This document shows, in pieces, positions 22,609 through 41,075 of a stretch of DNA of 64,000 nt. Source of the DNA: Macrostomum lignano (Eukaryota); the NCBI GenBank assembly GCA_002269645.1, contig NIVC01001066.1, forward strand, positions 302,901 through 366,900, written 5' to 3'. A program made the translations under genes and the position numbers. The notes beneath the pieces were generated by a model that was not told the origin of the DNA, searched no databases, and saw only the letters and a program-made list of their open reading frames with translations. The first letter of the stretch is position 1; each line of letters starts with the position of its first letter.

Positions 22609-23516
22609 CTACTTGGACCGATTGGACAGATTCTCTCCGATTGTCTCCATCGACTGTTCCCAGTTCTGGCCATCGAAGTGCTCCCAGACTAACTGGCTGA
22701 CGGTGTCCGGCCGCAGGCAGTGCACATTGATGCCGTAGCCGTCCGGATTGGATCTGGGCGTGTAGAAACTCTGCACTCCGCACCTGGCGCAGAACGTGTG
22801 TTTGGCTGCGTGCGTGTTGAAGGTGTAAGTTGTTAAACAGTCGGAGCCCGTCAGCAGGGTGAAGTGGCTGGCTGGCACAATGAAATGATCATTGCCTTTC
22901 ATGCTGCATACTGAGCAAGAGCATTTGATGACATTGATCACTGCCGGTGCCCTTACTGTGAAGGTCACGGCACCGCAGTGGCAGCCGCCGTGATGAGTCA
23001 CCAGCTCGGCCTTGTCCTTGTTGTCGGGATGAGGCGGTTGGGAACAGCGGAATTTATAGCTGCTGTACACTACTTTAATGAGGTTGTCATGCACTGTAGT
23101 ATTAATGCAGTGGACAGCTACCCTTACCTTCTAGCCAATTCGGTGGACAGCTACCCTACCATCTAGTCAATTCGGTAGACAGCTACCCTACCTTCTAGTC
23201 AATGCTGTGGACAGCTACCTTACCTTCTAGTCAATGCAGTGGACAGCTACCCTACCTTCTAGTCAATTCGGTAGACAGCTACCCTACCTTCTAGTCAATG
23301 CTGTGGACAGCTACCCTACTTTCTAGTCAATTCGTTAGACAGCTACCCTACCTTCTAGTCAATTCGTTAGACAGCTACCCTACCTTCTAGTCAATGCTGT
23401 GGACAGCTACCCTACCTTCTAGTCAATTCGGTGGACAGCTACCCTACCTTCTAGTCAATTCGGTGGACAGCTACCCTACCTTCTAGTCAATGCTGTGGAC
23501 AGCTACCCTCCTGCAT
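22609..23516 (-). CDS. CENPV: CENP-V-like / GFA-family zinc-binding protein
   Basis: Main exon 22609-23093: HHGGCHCGAV..CSCSVCSMKG..HFIVP..YTFNTHAAKHTFCARCGVQSFYTPRSNPDGYGINVHC. The ORF starts at GTG with no in-frame ATG before the domain. Proposed micro-exon 23507-23516 (ATGCAGGAGG|gtagct) splices in phase 1 to the acceptor at 23093; this 5' model is tentative. Confidence 0.8.
23107..23508. repeat. 32-bp minisatellite (GTGGACAGCTACCCTACCTTCTAGTCAATGCT)n
   Basis: Tandem units fill the proposed CENP-V intron. Confidence 0.92.
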
Positions 23517-24180
23517 TGTTGCCTTTGAGATAAAAGAAGATTTAATTAAACAAAACCTGTTGTTTAACAAAATAGTTCACAGTGTACTGCAATTCAAAAT
23601 AGTTTCGGTCGTATAATTTAATGTAAGGGTCTATAAGTGGCTAAGTAATATACAATGAAAGCAAACTTGATAAATAAACAAATACAATAGAAGGCTTATT
23701 TAAAAAAACAATGGTCACTTTAGCAGAGACAGATGAGTCAGGATGGAAAAAGAATGAAACAAATGATTATTTTGGCTAAAATATGTTCCTCGTTAGTGTC
23801 AGTGAGGATCAGCTGATTGTAAAAGGATTGGTAAAACCTAATAAAATGTAGTTTAGCAGCCAGTAAACATCAGCACTATTCTGGGAGTAGTAAATATGGC
23901 CATGATTAATTGATGCTAAACACCTTACTACTGTTCAGTAGTATAAAAAGCAAACAATTAGCAAACACAACAGAAAGATGTAGTTTGAAAAATGGCACAA
24001 AAACCCCATAATTTTTAGTCATTATCGAATCAATAGTTGAAAGACATTTACGGGATAATTTCAGCAATACAAGGAAAAAGTGGGAATTCCACCGCTGTAA
24101 AAGGTAGCGACCTATTATTTCTTAGAAATGAGATTGGTTGATAACACTAGAAGCAGCAGCAGAAGGCCGCACTGCAGTCT

Positions 24181-27100
24181 CTAGCTCCTGGCAGTTGGCC
24201 GATCCAATGAAATCGAAGCGGCTCGCGGTCTCTGCAGCTGCGGCCGCTCCGCTGAGCACATTTCGCACTCAAGCAGGTCCGGGTGGTTAGCGAATGTGCA
24301 GCGCTGACAGTGCCACGGCGGCAGCGACGGCGCCGGGGCAGCCTCCTGCGGCACCGACGATGGCCGGAACAGCAGGATCGGAGGCGGGGCACCTGAAGAA
24401 TAGATTTTCCAGGTGAAATTTATGCTAGCAATGCCAGTAGCTTATTGTTGTCATGTCAGCAGTCGCATTGGGACGCGGGCCGTAGCCCAGTGGTCCAGCG
24501 CGGCGCTCTGATGTGTCAGCGGCCCAGGCTCGATTCCCAGTGCAGTCACATTAATTTGGGGCTGAATTTGAATCTCGGCTTGGCTCTGCTCGTGCAATTA
24601 ACACCCTTGAGGGCCAACCCTCAAGGCACAGTGAAGTGTACATGCCTAACGATAAAATAAAGTTAGGGCCGCTGTACACTCCTGTGTGAGTGTGTGCCTG
24701 CGTACGTATCCGCGCGCTCGTATGCCTGCTCAGGGGAGTCGGCGGAATGGGCAGTAATGCCTCTCGCCGGTTGTGTGCCTATGTCGCTTAAAATGCGCCA
24801 GGGACACACAACCCCCCTGCCTCTAATAAAAAATAGGATAACACTTTCTAATATACTCGCTCTGAAAATTGCTCACTGGGCCATAGAGTGGCGACTTTTC
24901 AATGTTGCTGAGTATAGTTGACTGTTCGGTTTTATACAACACTCAAAGCTCACCGGCGGCCCCACTGGGAGCTGGCAGGAGCGAAACGGACACTCGCTGA
25001 TGCCGCGGCGCCTGTCCAGAATCTGCGCTGCCGCTCCCACCGCCGCCAGAGTTGCAACCGAATTTTGGACGACGTCGCGTAACGGCCGAGCTTGGAGCCA
25101 GCGTGTGTTGCTGCTGCTGCTGCCGATCGCCTCTCGAACTGTTAAGAGTCGCCCATTGGCGATTCAGTTGACGAATATCGTTTAATAGGGTGTCGCGAGC
25201 CAGCTCGAAGATCACGGAGCTGGCCGCGCCTTGCGATGCGCCGTTCTGCGTAGCCGAGACGTGCATCGGCAGCAGCAGCGCCAGCATCTCCCGTCGGGCG
25301 GTCACGGCCAGCCAGGCAAGCGTCAGGCTGTTGGACGATGTCGACCGGGCGCTAGCAATGCGATTCAGGCTGTGGCGCTGCACGGCTACTGGAAGGTTCA
25401 AAATTGGCGCGAGATGCGAGAACTAAGGGTAGCTGATTCAGGGGCGGAGCAGCTCAGCGGTGAACGCGTCTGCCTCTCGCGGCGGTCACATTAATTCAGA
25501 GCTTTGTTCGCGAAAATTGACCAAAGCCAAAGGGCTTGTCGTGCAAGTCAACGCCCATGATAGCAACCCCAAGCCCTGTGTGAGCGTGTGAATTAAGTGC
25601 TTGTGGGAAGATGTCTTCAAGACCCGTCATCTCACCGTGGTGATCCACGTCAGACATTTGTCCAACAGGCGGCACTGCCGCAGCAGCAGATCCGTTTGTT
25701 GCAGTCGCCTCCGCAGCTGCTGGCGCTGCCGCTGCTGTTGGCGACAACTGCCGACTGCTGCCGCCGCGGTTGCCACCGCCCAGCTTGGGCCAGCGCCATT
25801 TGAAACGGCGCTTCGGTTTGGCCTGCTGCCGCCCTCTCAGCTGGTTTAGGGCCTCGCGGCACCGGCTCAGGGAAAATTCGTGCTGCGGTATCGAAGCGCG
25901 ACGGTGGAGAATGAAATAGAGATTAGAGATATTGCTTTGAAATGAGTCAAAATGAACTTCTGACATCTACGTACTGCACAGACAAATTGCTGCTCAAACA
26001 ATAATAGGCCTAAGACAGGTGGATACAGCAACTGGAGTCCTAGCTGACACAGGTGGATACAGCAACTGGAGTCCTAGCTGACACAGGTGAATCCAGCAAC
26101 TGGAGTCCTAGCTGACACAGGTGAATCCAGAATCTGGAGTCCTAGCTGACACAGGTGAATCCAGAATCTGGAGTCCTAGCTGACACAGGTGAATCCAGAA
26201 TCTGGAGTCCTAGCTGACACAGGTGAATCCAGAATCTGGAGTCCTAGCTGACACAGGTGAATCCAGCAACTGAAGTCCTAGCTGACACAGGTGAATCCAG
26301 AATCTGGAGTCCTAGCTGACACAGGTGAATCCAGAATCTGGAGTCCTAGCTGACACAGGTGAATCCAGAATCTGGAGTCCTAGCTGACACAGGTGAATCC
26401 AGCAACTGGAGTCCTAGCTGACACAGGTGAATCCAGAATCTGGAGTCCTAGCTGACACAGGTGAATCTAGCAACTGGAGTTCTAGCTGACACAGGTGAAT
26501 CCAGCAACTGAAGTCCTAGCTGACACAGGTGAATCCAGAATCTGGAGTCCTAGCTGACACAGGTGAATCTAGCAACTGGAGTCCTAGCTGACACAGGTGA
26601 ATCCAGAATCTGGAGTCCTAGCTGACACAGGTGAATCCAGCAACTGAAGTCCTAGCTGACACAGGTGAATCCAGAATCTGGAGTCCTAGCTGACACAGGT
26701 GAATCCAGAATCTGGAGTCCTAGCTGACACAGGTGAATCCAGAATCTGGAGTCCTAGCTGACACAGGTGAATCCAGCAACTGGGCCACGAAAGAGTATAA
26801 AAAGCTCAAGTGCACCTGCACTCATCAACCTTGCTTGCAGAACTCTTACATGTACTAGCTTAATACATGCGAGACGCCAAAAGATAAGAAATACCAAAGA
26901 CGCTAACAAAAGTAGTAGCTAAAGGAGAAAAATTTCTTCGAAGGTTTTGTGCATCAGAGTACGATTGTAATTTTTTTCAACTTCAGCACCACTTATTACC
27001 GCTGGACTATATGCGCCTAACTACATTAGCTTTGGCAGCAAGCGGGAGGTAGCTAATCTCTTCGCTTCATCGTAAAGGAAGGTCGCCTATAGCAGACAAG

Positions 27101-28664
27101 CTAACTGCAAACTAACAGGTTCGGTTACGGGGGGGGGGGCAGGTAAGCTGATCTTGTCGCAGCCCCTTGCACACGGGGCACAAGGCATAGTATAGGCTGC
27201 TAGGGCTCTATTTCTGCCAAATTCGAGACAAAATTAACTATATTGATAATTGCTGTAAACTCTGCTTCAGCCGGCGGAATTTCCTTAGAGTTTCTTAGAC
27301 TCCTGAGAATTAATTTGTTAATTTCAAGCTTTATGCGCTAACGGAAACAGGAGTATTGCCCAATAACTGTGATATAAAAAACCCTCTGTAAAATTCGATC
27401 TTGAAAAGATTATTCAAAAACGAGTAAATAAAGCTTAATAGTATACAAATTGTAAAGAGTTGAAAAGGATATGCAACATCACAACAGTGAGCAAAAATGG
27501 TGTCTGTATTAGTGCCTGTATTAGTGCCTGTATTAGTGTCTGTATTAGTGCCTGTATTAGTGTCTGTATTAATGCCTGTATTAATGCCTGTATTAGTGTC
27601 TGTATTAATGCCTGTATTAATGCCTGTATTAGTGTCTGTATTAGTGTCTGTATTAGTGTCTGTATTAGTGCCTGTATTAATGCCTGTATTAGTGTCTGTA
27701 TTAGTGTCTGTATTAGTGCCTGTATTAGTGTCTGTATTAGTGCCTGTATTAGTGTCTGTATTAGTGTCTGTATTAGTGCCTGTATTAGTGCCTGTATTAG
27801 TGCCTGTATTAGTGTCTGTATTAGTGCCTGTGTTAGTGTCTGTATTAGTGTCTGTATTAGTGCCTGTATTAGTGTCTGTATTAGTGTCTGTATTAGTGCC
27901 TGTATTAGTGTCTGTATTAGTGCCTGTATTAGTGTCTGTATTAGTGTCTGTATTAGTGTCTGTATTAGTGCCTGTATTAGTGTCTGTATTAGTGTCTGTA
28001 TTAGTGTCTGTATTAGTGTCTGTATTAGTGTCTGTATTAGTGCTTGTATTAGTGCCTGTATTAGTGTCTGTATTAGTGCCTGTATTAGTGTCTGTATTAG
28101 TGCCTGTATTAGTGTCTGTATTAGTGCCTGTGTTAGTGTCTGTATTAGTGTCTGTATTAGTGCCTGTATTAGTGCCTGTATTAGTGCCTGTATTAGTGTC
28201 TGTATTAGTGCCTGTATTAGTGCCTGTATTAGTGCCTGTATTAGTGTCTGTATTAGTGTCTGTATTAGTGCCTGTATTAGTGTCTGTATTAGTGCCTGTA
28301 TTAGTGTCTGTATTAGTGTCTGTATTAGTGCCTGTATTAGTGCCTGTATAGAGTTACAGGCAAAACTGCTCACTCTGAATTAGTTTTACACTGCATTAAA
28401 ATATTGGCAATACGGGCCCGTAGGCTCTAGCATAACAAAAAAACACAAAGCAATTAATTGACAGAAATTACAGCAGCAATGTCATATACTCGTACATAAA
28501 TAGCAGCTAATTAACGGAACTTCCACGGAATTTCCATGCACACACGCCACACTCTTGCTCACCGCCTCTAAAGTCTGCTGAATGCACTGCTCGCTAAATT
28601 CTGGATACTCGGCTCGGAGCTGACGCTCAGCGCTCTGCCTGTCTGTCTGATGACGTTGCGTCAT
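24181..28664 (-). CDS. TAB2/TAB3-like ubiquitin-binding adaptor (N-terminal CUE, C-terminal NZF/RanBP2 zinc finger), ~331 aa
   Basis: Phase-consistent exons 28563-28664, 25636-25882, 24954-25388, 24181-24392. The spliced N-terminus LRAEYPEFSEQCIQQTLEA|HEFSLSRCREALNQL is CUE-like, and the last exon has WHCQRCTFANHPDLLECEMC (NZF). Confidence 0.72.
24471..24836 (+). mobile_element. tRNA-derived SINE-like element, antisense in the last intron of the TAB2/3-like gene
   Basis: A-box-like TAGCCCAGTGG (24483-24493), B-box-like GGCTCGATTCC (24527-24537), internal hairpin CCTTGAGGG-CCAA-CCCTCAAGG, A-rich end. Confidence 0.55.
26010..26782. repeat. 34-bp minisatellite (GACACAGGTGAATCCAGAATCTGGAGTCCTAGCT)n
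   Basis: Tandem units in intron 1 of the TAB2/3-like gene. Confidence 0.95.
27503..28350. repeat. 12-bp minisatellite (TGTATTAGTGYC)n
   Basis: About 70 units of two main variants; source of the CISA/LIQT/VLVS ORFs. Confidence 0.95.
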
Positions 28665-28889
28665 CTGCAGGTTGTTGGAGGCTGGCACAGGCAGTTGTGG
28701 TCAGTAAGGGGCTGAAATAGGCCCTTATTATTAGCTTAATAATGGAATCCGCTCTAAATAGTTTTTCTTTAGTAATCTTTGTCTTTATCTAGGAATACTA
28801 AACAGGTTTATGGCTTGGGTTGGTGGTTTCATAAGCCCCAAAAGTAATAAGCATCGTCTAAAAGTTTAAGCATCCATTTTCAAATAGGA

Positions 28890-29380
28890 CTAGATGTTAG
28901 CGCCACAGACTTGATTTTAGCGTCACAGACTAGATGTTAGCGCCACAGACTTGATTTTATCGTCACAGACTAGATCTTAGCGTCACAAACTAAATTTTAG
29001 CGTCACAGACTAGATTTTAGCGTCGCAGACTAGATGTTAGCGCCACAGACTAGATGTTAGCGCCACAGACTAGATTTTAGCGTCGCAGACTAGATGTCAC
29101 AGACTAGATTTTAGCGTCACAGAATTGATTTTATCGTCACAGACTAGATCTTAGCGTCACAAACTAAATTTTAGCGTCACAGACTAGATTTTAGCGTCGC
29201 AGACTAGATGTTAGCGCCACAGACTAGATTTTAGCGTCACAGACTAGATTTTAGCGCTACAGACTAGATTTTAGCGCCACAGACTAGATGTTAGCGCCAC
29301 AGACTAGATGTTAGCGCCACAGACTAGATTTTAGCGTCGCAGACTAGATTTTAGCGTCGCAGACTAGATTTTAGCGTCAC
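28890..29380. repeat. 20-bp minisatellite (AGACTAGATTTTAGCGTCAC)n
   Basis: Tandem units, intergenic or 5'UTR region. Confidence 0.9.
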
Positions 29381-30481
29381 TATAATGCAGTTGTAGAGTG
29401 GACTCTAAACTATGAACAGCAGATTTATGGTGCTAAATAGGCCTAGAAAAGAATAAAATACAGAAAATAAACTTTAAATATCCAGTTGAGACAAGCGGCT
29501 CTGATCAAATATTTGGTACATAATTTATTTGTTTTAATTAATTGTACAGTATTAATAATGTCAGTCGTATAGTCTGTTTTCTGTCACAATGGAAGATAAG
29601 CACAAGAGGATTAGGAGGAATGCAAAACAGAGGCCTCGGCCTTCATTATACTTAATAAAATTGAGCTTCTGTACACTTCGAATTGGTTTTTTTAAACAAA
29701 ATGCCCCTAGCTCTTAATCAGAAGAATTTGAACTCAGCAAGCTATGTTTTAAAATAGTAAAAAGTTCATATAAACAAGAAGCGATTCGGTTTGAATATAC
29801 ACATAAATTTAGTAGTGGAAGCATGCCCAGCGTCTGTACTTGACTACTGAAAATGCCATGAATCCGGTTAAGCACCAAGCGACCTTTAAGTTAATAGTCA
29901 GAAGCAATTAAATCTACGAGATTTGTCATCAGACTTCTAAGTTGAATTACACAAAGCAGGTTTGTGCCATAGACATAGTGTCAAAACCGAGATCCAAGAA
30001 TGTCTATGGTAAAAAGACCATCGACATTTTAGGCTGTCTATGGTAAATTCTCTCACTCGCTATCTACGACTCTAATTAGCATTGGCTGGTTCAGAATTTT
30101 TTGTCTATGGCCAAAGTCTATTTACACAAGACTGAAGATTTTACTAAATCGCAGAGCAATTACTTAGTCTTAAGATTCTGGCTCAAGAACTCGATACGCT
30201 AAAGCCATAGACCTCATTATACACTCTAAATAGGCCACTTTGTGCTGAAAAAAGATAGCAAAAAATGTGGATATTCGATGGCGCACAAAAATTACTAACT
30301 CGTGTAATGCGAGACAATTCCGGGTTAAGCAAACAATTGAGAATATTTTGGCCTCAACGCTCTGTTGAAGATAATGTAGACTGAGTGTTAGAGTTCAGCA
30401 GAATGTCTATGGTAGAAGTCTGTTCTGATTCGTTGATGGCTAGAGAATCGAGCTGAAAGCTTCATAGGCTCAATTAAGGCC

Positions 30482-35692
<5,211 letters not shown>

Positions 35693-38298
35693 TTCTGTTC
35701 TTTTGCAGCGCCGAACCACTTCTGGCAGAAGATTCGGATTTTCTGGGTTAATAATCTTTGTTTGAAATTTAAATACAAACTTATGAAATCATTTTTTGCT
35801 ATATTTGTGCTACTTCGTACTCAAGCATTAAGTGTCAGATTTGATTTCAGATCAGATAAACCATTTAACTTACAATATACGGTATGTAATTTAATACATA
35901 GAGCTTGAAGATTCATGGAAAGAAATTGTTGCATTATAATATAGACAAAATCAGGATAAAAAGCTGTTACATTAAAGTTAAAAGATTGTTTCTACGAGCG
36001 TCGATAACTTGTTGGAGCCATACTGTAACAAAAACAATTAGTAATCTGAGCTAAATAACTAAATGGTTTATAATAAGGACATATCATATAAATAGCAACG
36101 TTTAAAAGAGATGCTATTTATTATATACAAAATTAAATTTTAACCTATTTATATTTCTCTGTGAAAAAACAACAATGATACCTCTCATACCCTTAACTTG
36201 CTATAGGTTTTAATTAAAAAATATGATGAATTAATTTGAATATTAAAAAGAATAGGCCTAGAGCATCATAGTTTACAGTTAAAGATCAGAATTTCAGGTA
36301 GAACCTATTTTATAATAATTTAAATCCGATTTTCAACAACACTTTGTATTTCTGTCATTCTGCTTCAACTCATTAAAAGTACTATTATTAATAAAAGTTC
36401 AAACTAAGAAAATTAAATAAATAAAAATGAAGAAGCAGCTAGTCGATACATTTTGTGAACATTTAAGAGAGCGTTTACAGCCTTTACAGAATTACAGGCA
36501 GGTGCTTACTGTAGATATTTTCATCTACTTGTCAAGTTCGGTGATCAAAAGCACGCAGTATTCATGGCTTATGCTCAAATAATTTATTTCTTAGAATGAT
36601 GGATCTCTGATAAATAGTGAGTTAAACGCAACTACTAATAAATAATATTATAGGTAATTTAGTGCATTTTCACCATTTTTAAGTGGTAACACTTAGCTAT
36701 AAACAAGTACGTTACTATAAGCTGACTGACTACTCTCAATAAAAAAAGCAACAATGTTTTCCGTTTGAATTGCTTCGTAAGTTATTTATACTTGTTTCAC
36801 TTGCTTGATCTTTTATTTTCGCAAAATTCATTATGAGAAAACCTTTTTTAACACTCCTACATAATGTTTTATTGTTTTTTGCATTATTTACAGTGACTAT
36901 TTTTATATATTTGTTTTAACTATTACTTGGCGGTCGCCACCAATTAGCTCCAACCAAGGACCACTGTATATAATTGTAATATACAGTTGTCTTTGCTCCC
37001 CACAAAATACTTTTTATAAACGAAGACTACTACCCGACTATACATGTATATGCCACTTGCAAATAAAAACGAGGGGATGAGCGACAAAAAATCTTACTAA
37101 TTGACGTATTGTTTGATCGAGTAATTGCTACCCCCCTTGAGGCGGGAAAAACAAAATGTTGTGCTATTGGATTATACGACAAATGCACATTCTCTTTTTG
37201 TGCCACACATGTCAATTAATCAATTGATTCCGTCAATTAATTATTAGTGCGTGCAACACAAATTTTAACAACAAAAGATCATATACATGTATATACTCAG
37301 CGTTAGCGTGGTTGCTATGCAGCAATTTTTATAGGGGATGACCCAAAGATCATATAAGATCTATGGGATGACCCCAGTGGGGGTATACAGTGCCTCTTGC
37401 CTTTTTTGGATAAATTGTAAGGGGGACCAAACGAGTCTGTCTCCTTATCAGCTCTATTTCCAAGTTGTCTCACAGTTGTCTCACATCTCCAAGTTTCGTC
37501 CATCACTCTTAATTAGGATTTCAATACACATATTCAATTACATGTAACTTGCTTTTATTACGGTTAAATAATAGGAGTCATTTTGATCAACCCAGCATTC
37601 GGTAAAAGGGACAAAGGGCCGGGGTGCTAAAGACTTTCCATTGGCTATCAAAAGTATATTGCTAGCAGTATTGCTACTCGTAAAGCCCCTGGTGCTTGTG
37701 CACTCTTCAAGTGTTTCTGATTGCGCTGCTCAGCTTCAGTGGATATAGTAGCTGCTCTGTAAACAAAATTATTTATGCAAAAACTCGGAACCCTTTCGAA
37801 GGCAAAGACAGAAGAAGCAGAAGAGGAGGAGCAAGGCAGGGGAAGCGAGCGCGCTGCAGCTGGGGAAATGCGAAGCAACCGAAAGTACAGCTATAAGGCC
37901 GAGAATTATCGATTGGCCGGGATAGTAGACGAGGGACGTGCAGCAGAGGATCGGGGAGGCGAATGAGGAGGAGGGGCTGAGAGGAAAATATCCCCCAATT
38001 CTCTCTCTCCCTTTCTATCTGGCTGTAGCCCCGATCGCAGTACAGCGGATGACTAGCCTGACTGCTGCTCCAGACTGGGGTATCCCCTCTCTCTCTCGCT
38101 TCTCAGTGAATAGTCGAGAGGCCTGCAATTTAGCGAACTATTTGGGAGGGCTGGCCGAACCAAGCGTAGCCGAGAGTTGCTGCTTTTTCTTCATTTCCTG
38201 TCCAAACTTTGGCCCCTATTGCTGAAAAAGAAAGTTGACTGCGCCAGTCTTAGAGACGCCAGCTACCGTCTAGACTATAATAGAGATAAATCTTCTGA

Positions 38299-38637
<339 letters not shown>

Positions 38638-38919
38638 AGTTTGTTTTCTTAGGAATTTGTTCAGAATCTCTGATCTCAGCTTGGTATTGGCATTATTATT
38701 CCATTAAACCATGCTCTCTAGCATGCTGCCATTGTTGAATTTGATCAGAACAATTGTAAAATTATATAAACAGTTCCTTTTTTGGGCATATTACACACAG
38801 ATTCCCCTTACAAGACTGACATTTGGGCATGCTTAGATACAAATGATCCCTCGTCTTTTACTCTGCTCTCATTTTTCCAAATTTACAAACTTTTCGAGCA
38901 ATTGATTACCAGAGCGTGA

Positions 38920-39300
38920 AAAAAGTCGTATTTCCAAGAAATCACACATTTCTTCTCAATCAATTAGCACAGCGTTAAAATAAGTCGTATTTCCAAGAAA
39001 TCACACATTTCTTCTCAATCAATTAGCACAGCGTTAAAATAAGTCGTATTTCCAAGAAATTACACATTTCTTCTCAATCAATTAGCACAGCGTTAAAATA
39101 AGTCGTATTTCCAAGAAACCACACATTTCTTCTCAATCAATTAGCACAGCGTTAAAATAAGTCGTATTTCCAAGAAATTACACATTTCTTCTCAATCAAT
39201 TAGCACAGCGTTAAAATAAGTCGTATTTCCAAGAAACCACACATTTCTTCTCAATCAATTAGCACAGCGTTAAAATAAGTCGTATTTCCAAGAAACCAGA
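38920..39300. repeat. 59-bp tandem repeat x~6.5 downstream of the InaF-like CDS
   Basis: Unit AAGTCGTATTTCCAAGAAATCACACATTTCTTCTCAATCAATTAGCACAGCGTTAAAAT. Confidence 0.93.
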
Positions 39301-39799
39301 TATTCCTTCTCGATTATACTGAGTTTAACAAGCTCAAAGAACGCATTGAAATTGTAAATAAACAACTTTAAACTGAATCAAAAATATATTTGTTAGTTAG
39401 TTGCTTCCTTCATTGTTATTTTGCATCGTTTTTGAGCTTTTTGTTTCTTGTAGACCCAAATTTTGGTCGGTCACTGAACAAAGATTAGTAGTGTGTAATG
39501 TTTTCTTACTATATTTACTTTTCTATCCGCATCTAGTTTTTGTCTAAATTATTTAATTACAACTATTTGTATTCTCAACTAAGTCCATATCTCTCGACTT
39601 AGTTTGATGGAACAATTGAAAATATTAAAGACTTTATATATTTTAAATAAAGGACTTATTAAACAGATTTTTTAACATCCAATTTAATGATAATTAGCAA
39701 TTGGGGCACCGTTCACTCGCCTTTATCGATATTTCGCTATTCGTATTGTGTCGCAAAAATCAATTTAACAGGGATTTCTTTGAAAAACTACCAAATTTG

Positions 39800-41075
39800 T
39801 GGGGGTGACTGGGACTGGATCTCGTGAACGGGTGTGGGTCACTGGGATTGGATACCGTGAACGGGTGTGGGTCACTGGGATTGGATACCGTGAACGGGTG
39901 TGGGTCACTAGGATTGGATACCGTGAACGGGTGTGGGTCACTGGGATTGGATACCGTGAACGGGTGTGGGTCACAGGGATTGGATACCGTGAACGGGTGT
40001 GGGTCACAGGGATTGGATACCGTGAACGGGTGTGGGTCACTGGGATTGGATACCGTGAACGGGTGTGGGTCACAGGGATTGGATACCGTGAACGGGTGTG
40101 GGTCACTGGGATTGGATACCGTGAACGGGTGTGGGTCACTGGGATTGGATACCGTGAACGGGTGTGGGTCACTGGGATTGGATACCGTGAACGGGTGTGG
40201 GTCACAGGGATTGGATACCGTGAACGGGTGTGGGTCACAGGGATTGGATACCGTGAACGGGTGTGGGTCACAGGGATTGGATACCGTGAACGGGTGTGGG
40301 TCACAGGGATTGGATACCGTGAACGGGTGTGGGTCACTGGGATTGGATACCGTGAACGGGTGTGGGTCACTGGGATTGGATACCGTGAACGGGTGTGGGT
40401 CACTGGGATTGGATACCGTGAACGGGTGTGGGTCACTAGGATTGGATACCGTGAACGGGTGTGGGTCACAGGGATTGGATACCGTGAACGGGTGTGGGTC
40501 ACAGGGATTGGATACCGTGAACGGGTGTGGGTCACAGGGATTGGATACCGTGAACGGGTGTGGGTCACTGGGATTGGATACCGTGAACGGGTGTGGGTCA
40601 CTGGGATTGGATACCGTGAACGGGTGTGGGTCACTAGGATTGGATACCGTGAACGGGTGTGGGTCACTGGGATTGGATACCGTGAACGGGTGTGGGTCAC
40701 TGGGATTGGATACCGTGAACGGGTGTGGGTCACTAGGATTGGATACCGTGAACGGGTGTGGGTCACAGGGATTGGATACCGTGAACGGGTGTGGGTCACT
40801 GGGATTGGATACCGTGAACGAGTGTGGGTCACTGGGATTGGATACCGTGAACGGGTGTGGGTCACTGGGATTGGATACCGTGAACGGGTGTGGGTCACAG
40901 GGATTGGATACCGTGAACGGGTGTGGGTCACTGGGATTGGATACCGTGAACGGGTGTGGGTCACTGGGATTGGATACCGTGAACGGGTGTGGGTCATAGG
41001 GATTGGATACCGTGAACGGGTGTGGGTCACTAGGATTGGATACCGTGAACGGGTGTGGGTCACATGGATTGGATC
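39800..41075. repeat. 33-bp G-rich minisatellite (GTGAACGGGTGTGGGTCACTGGGATTGGATACC)n, ~38 copies
   Basis: Highly homogeneous tandem array between convergent genes; source of four 390-450 aa spurious ORFs. Confidence 0.97.

Noticed and set aside
27435-28383. LIQT/CISA/VLVS repeat ORFs of about 300 aa
   Set aside because: 12-bp minisatellite in an intron
37775-37966. 63-aa ORF upstream of the InaF-like gene as a second cistron
   Set aside because: No recognisable motif; low-complexity purine-rich sequence; cannot be supported without Ribo-seq
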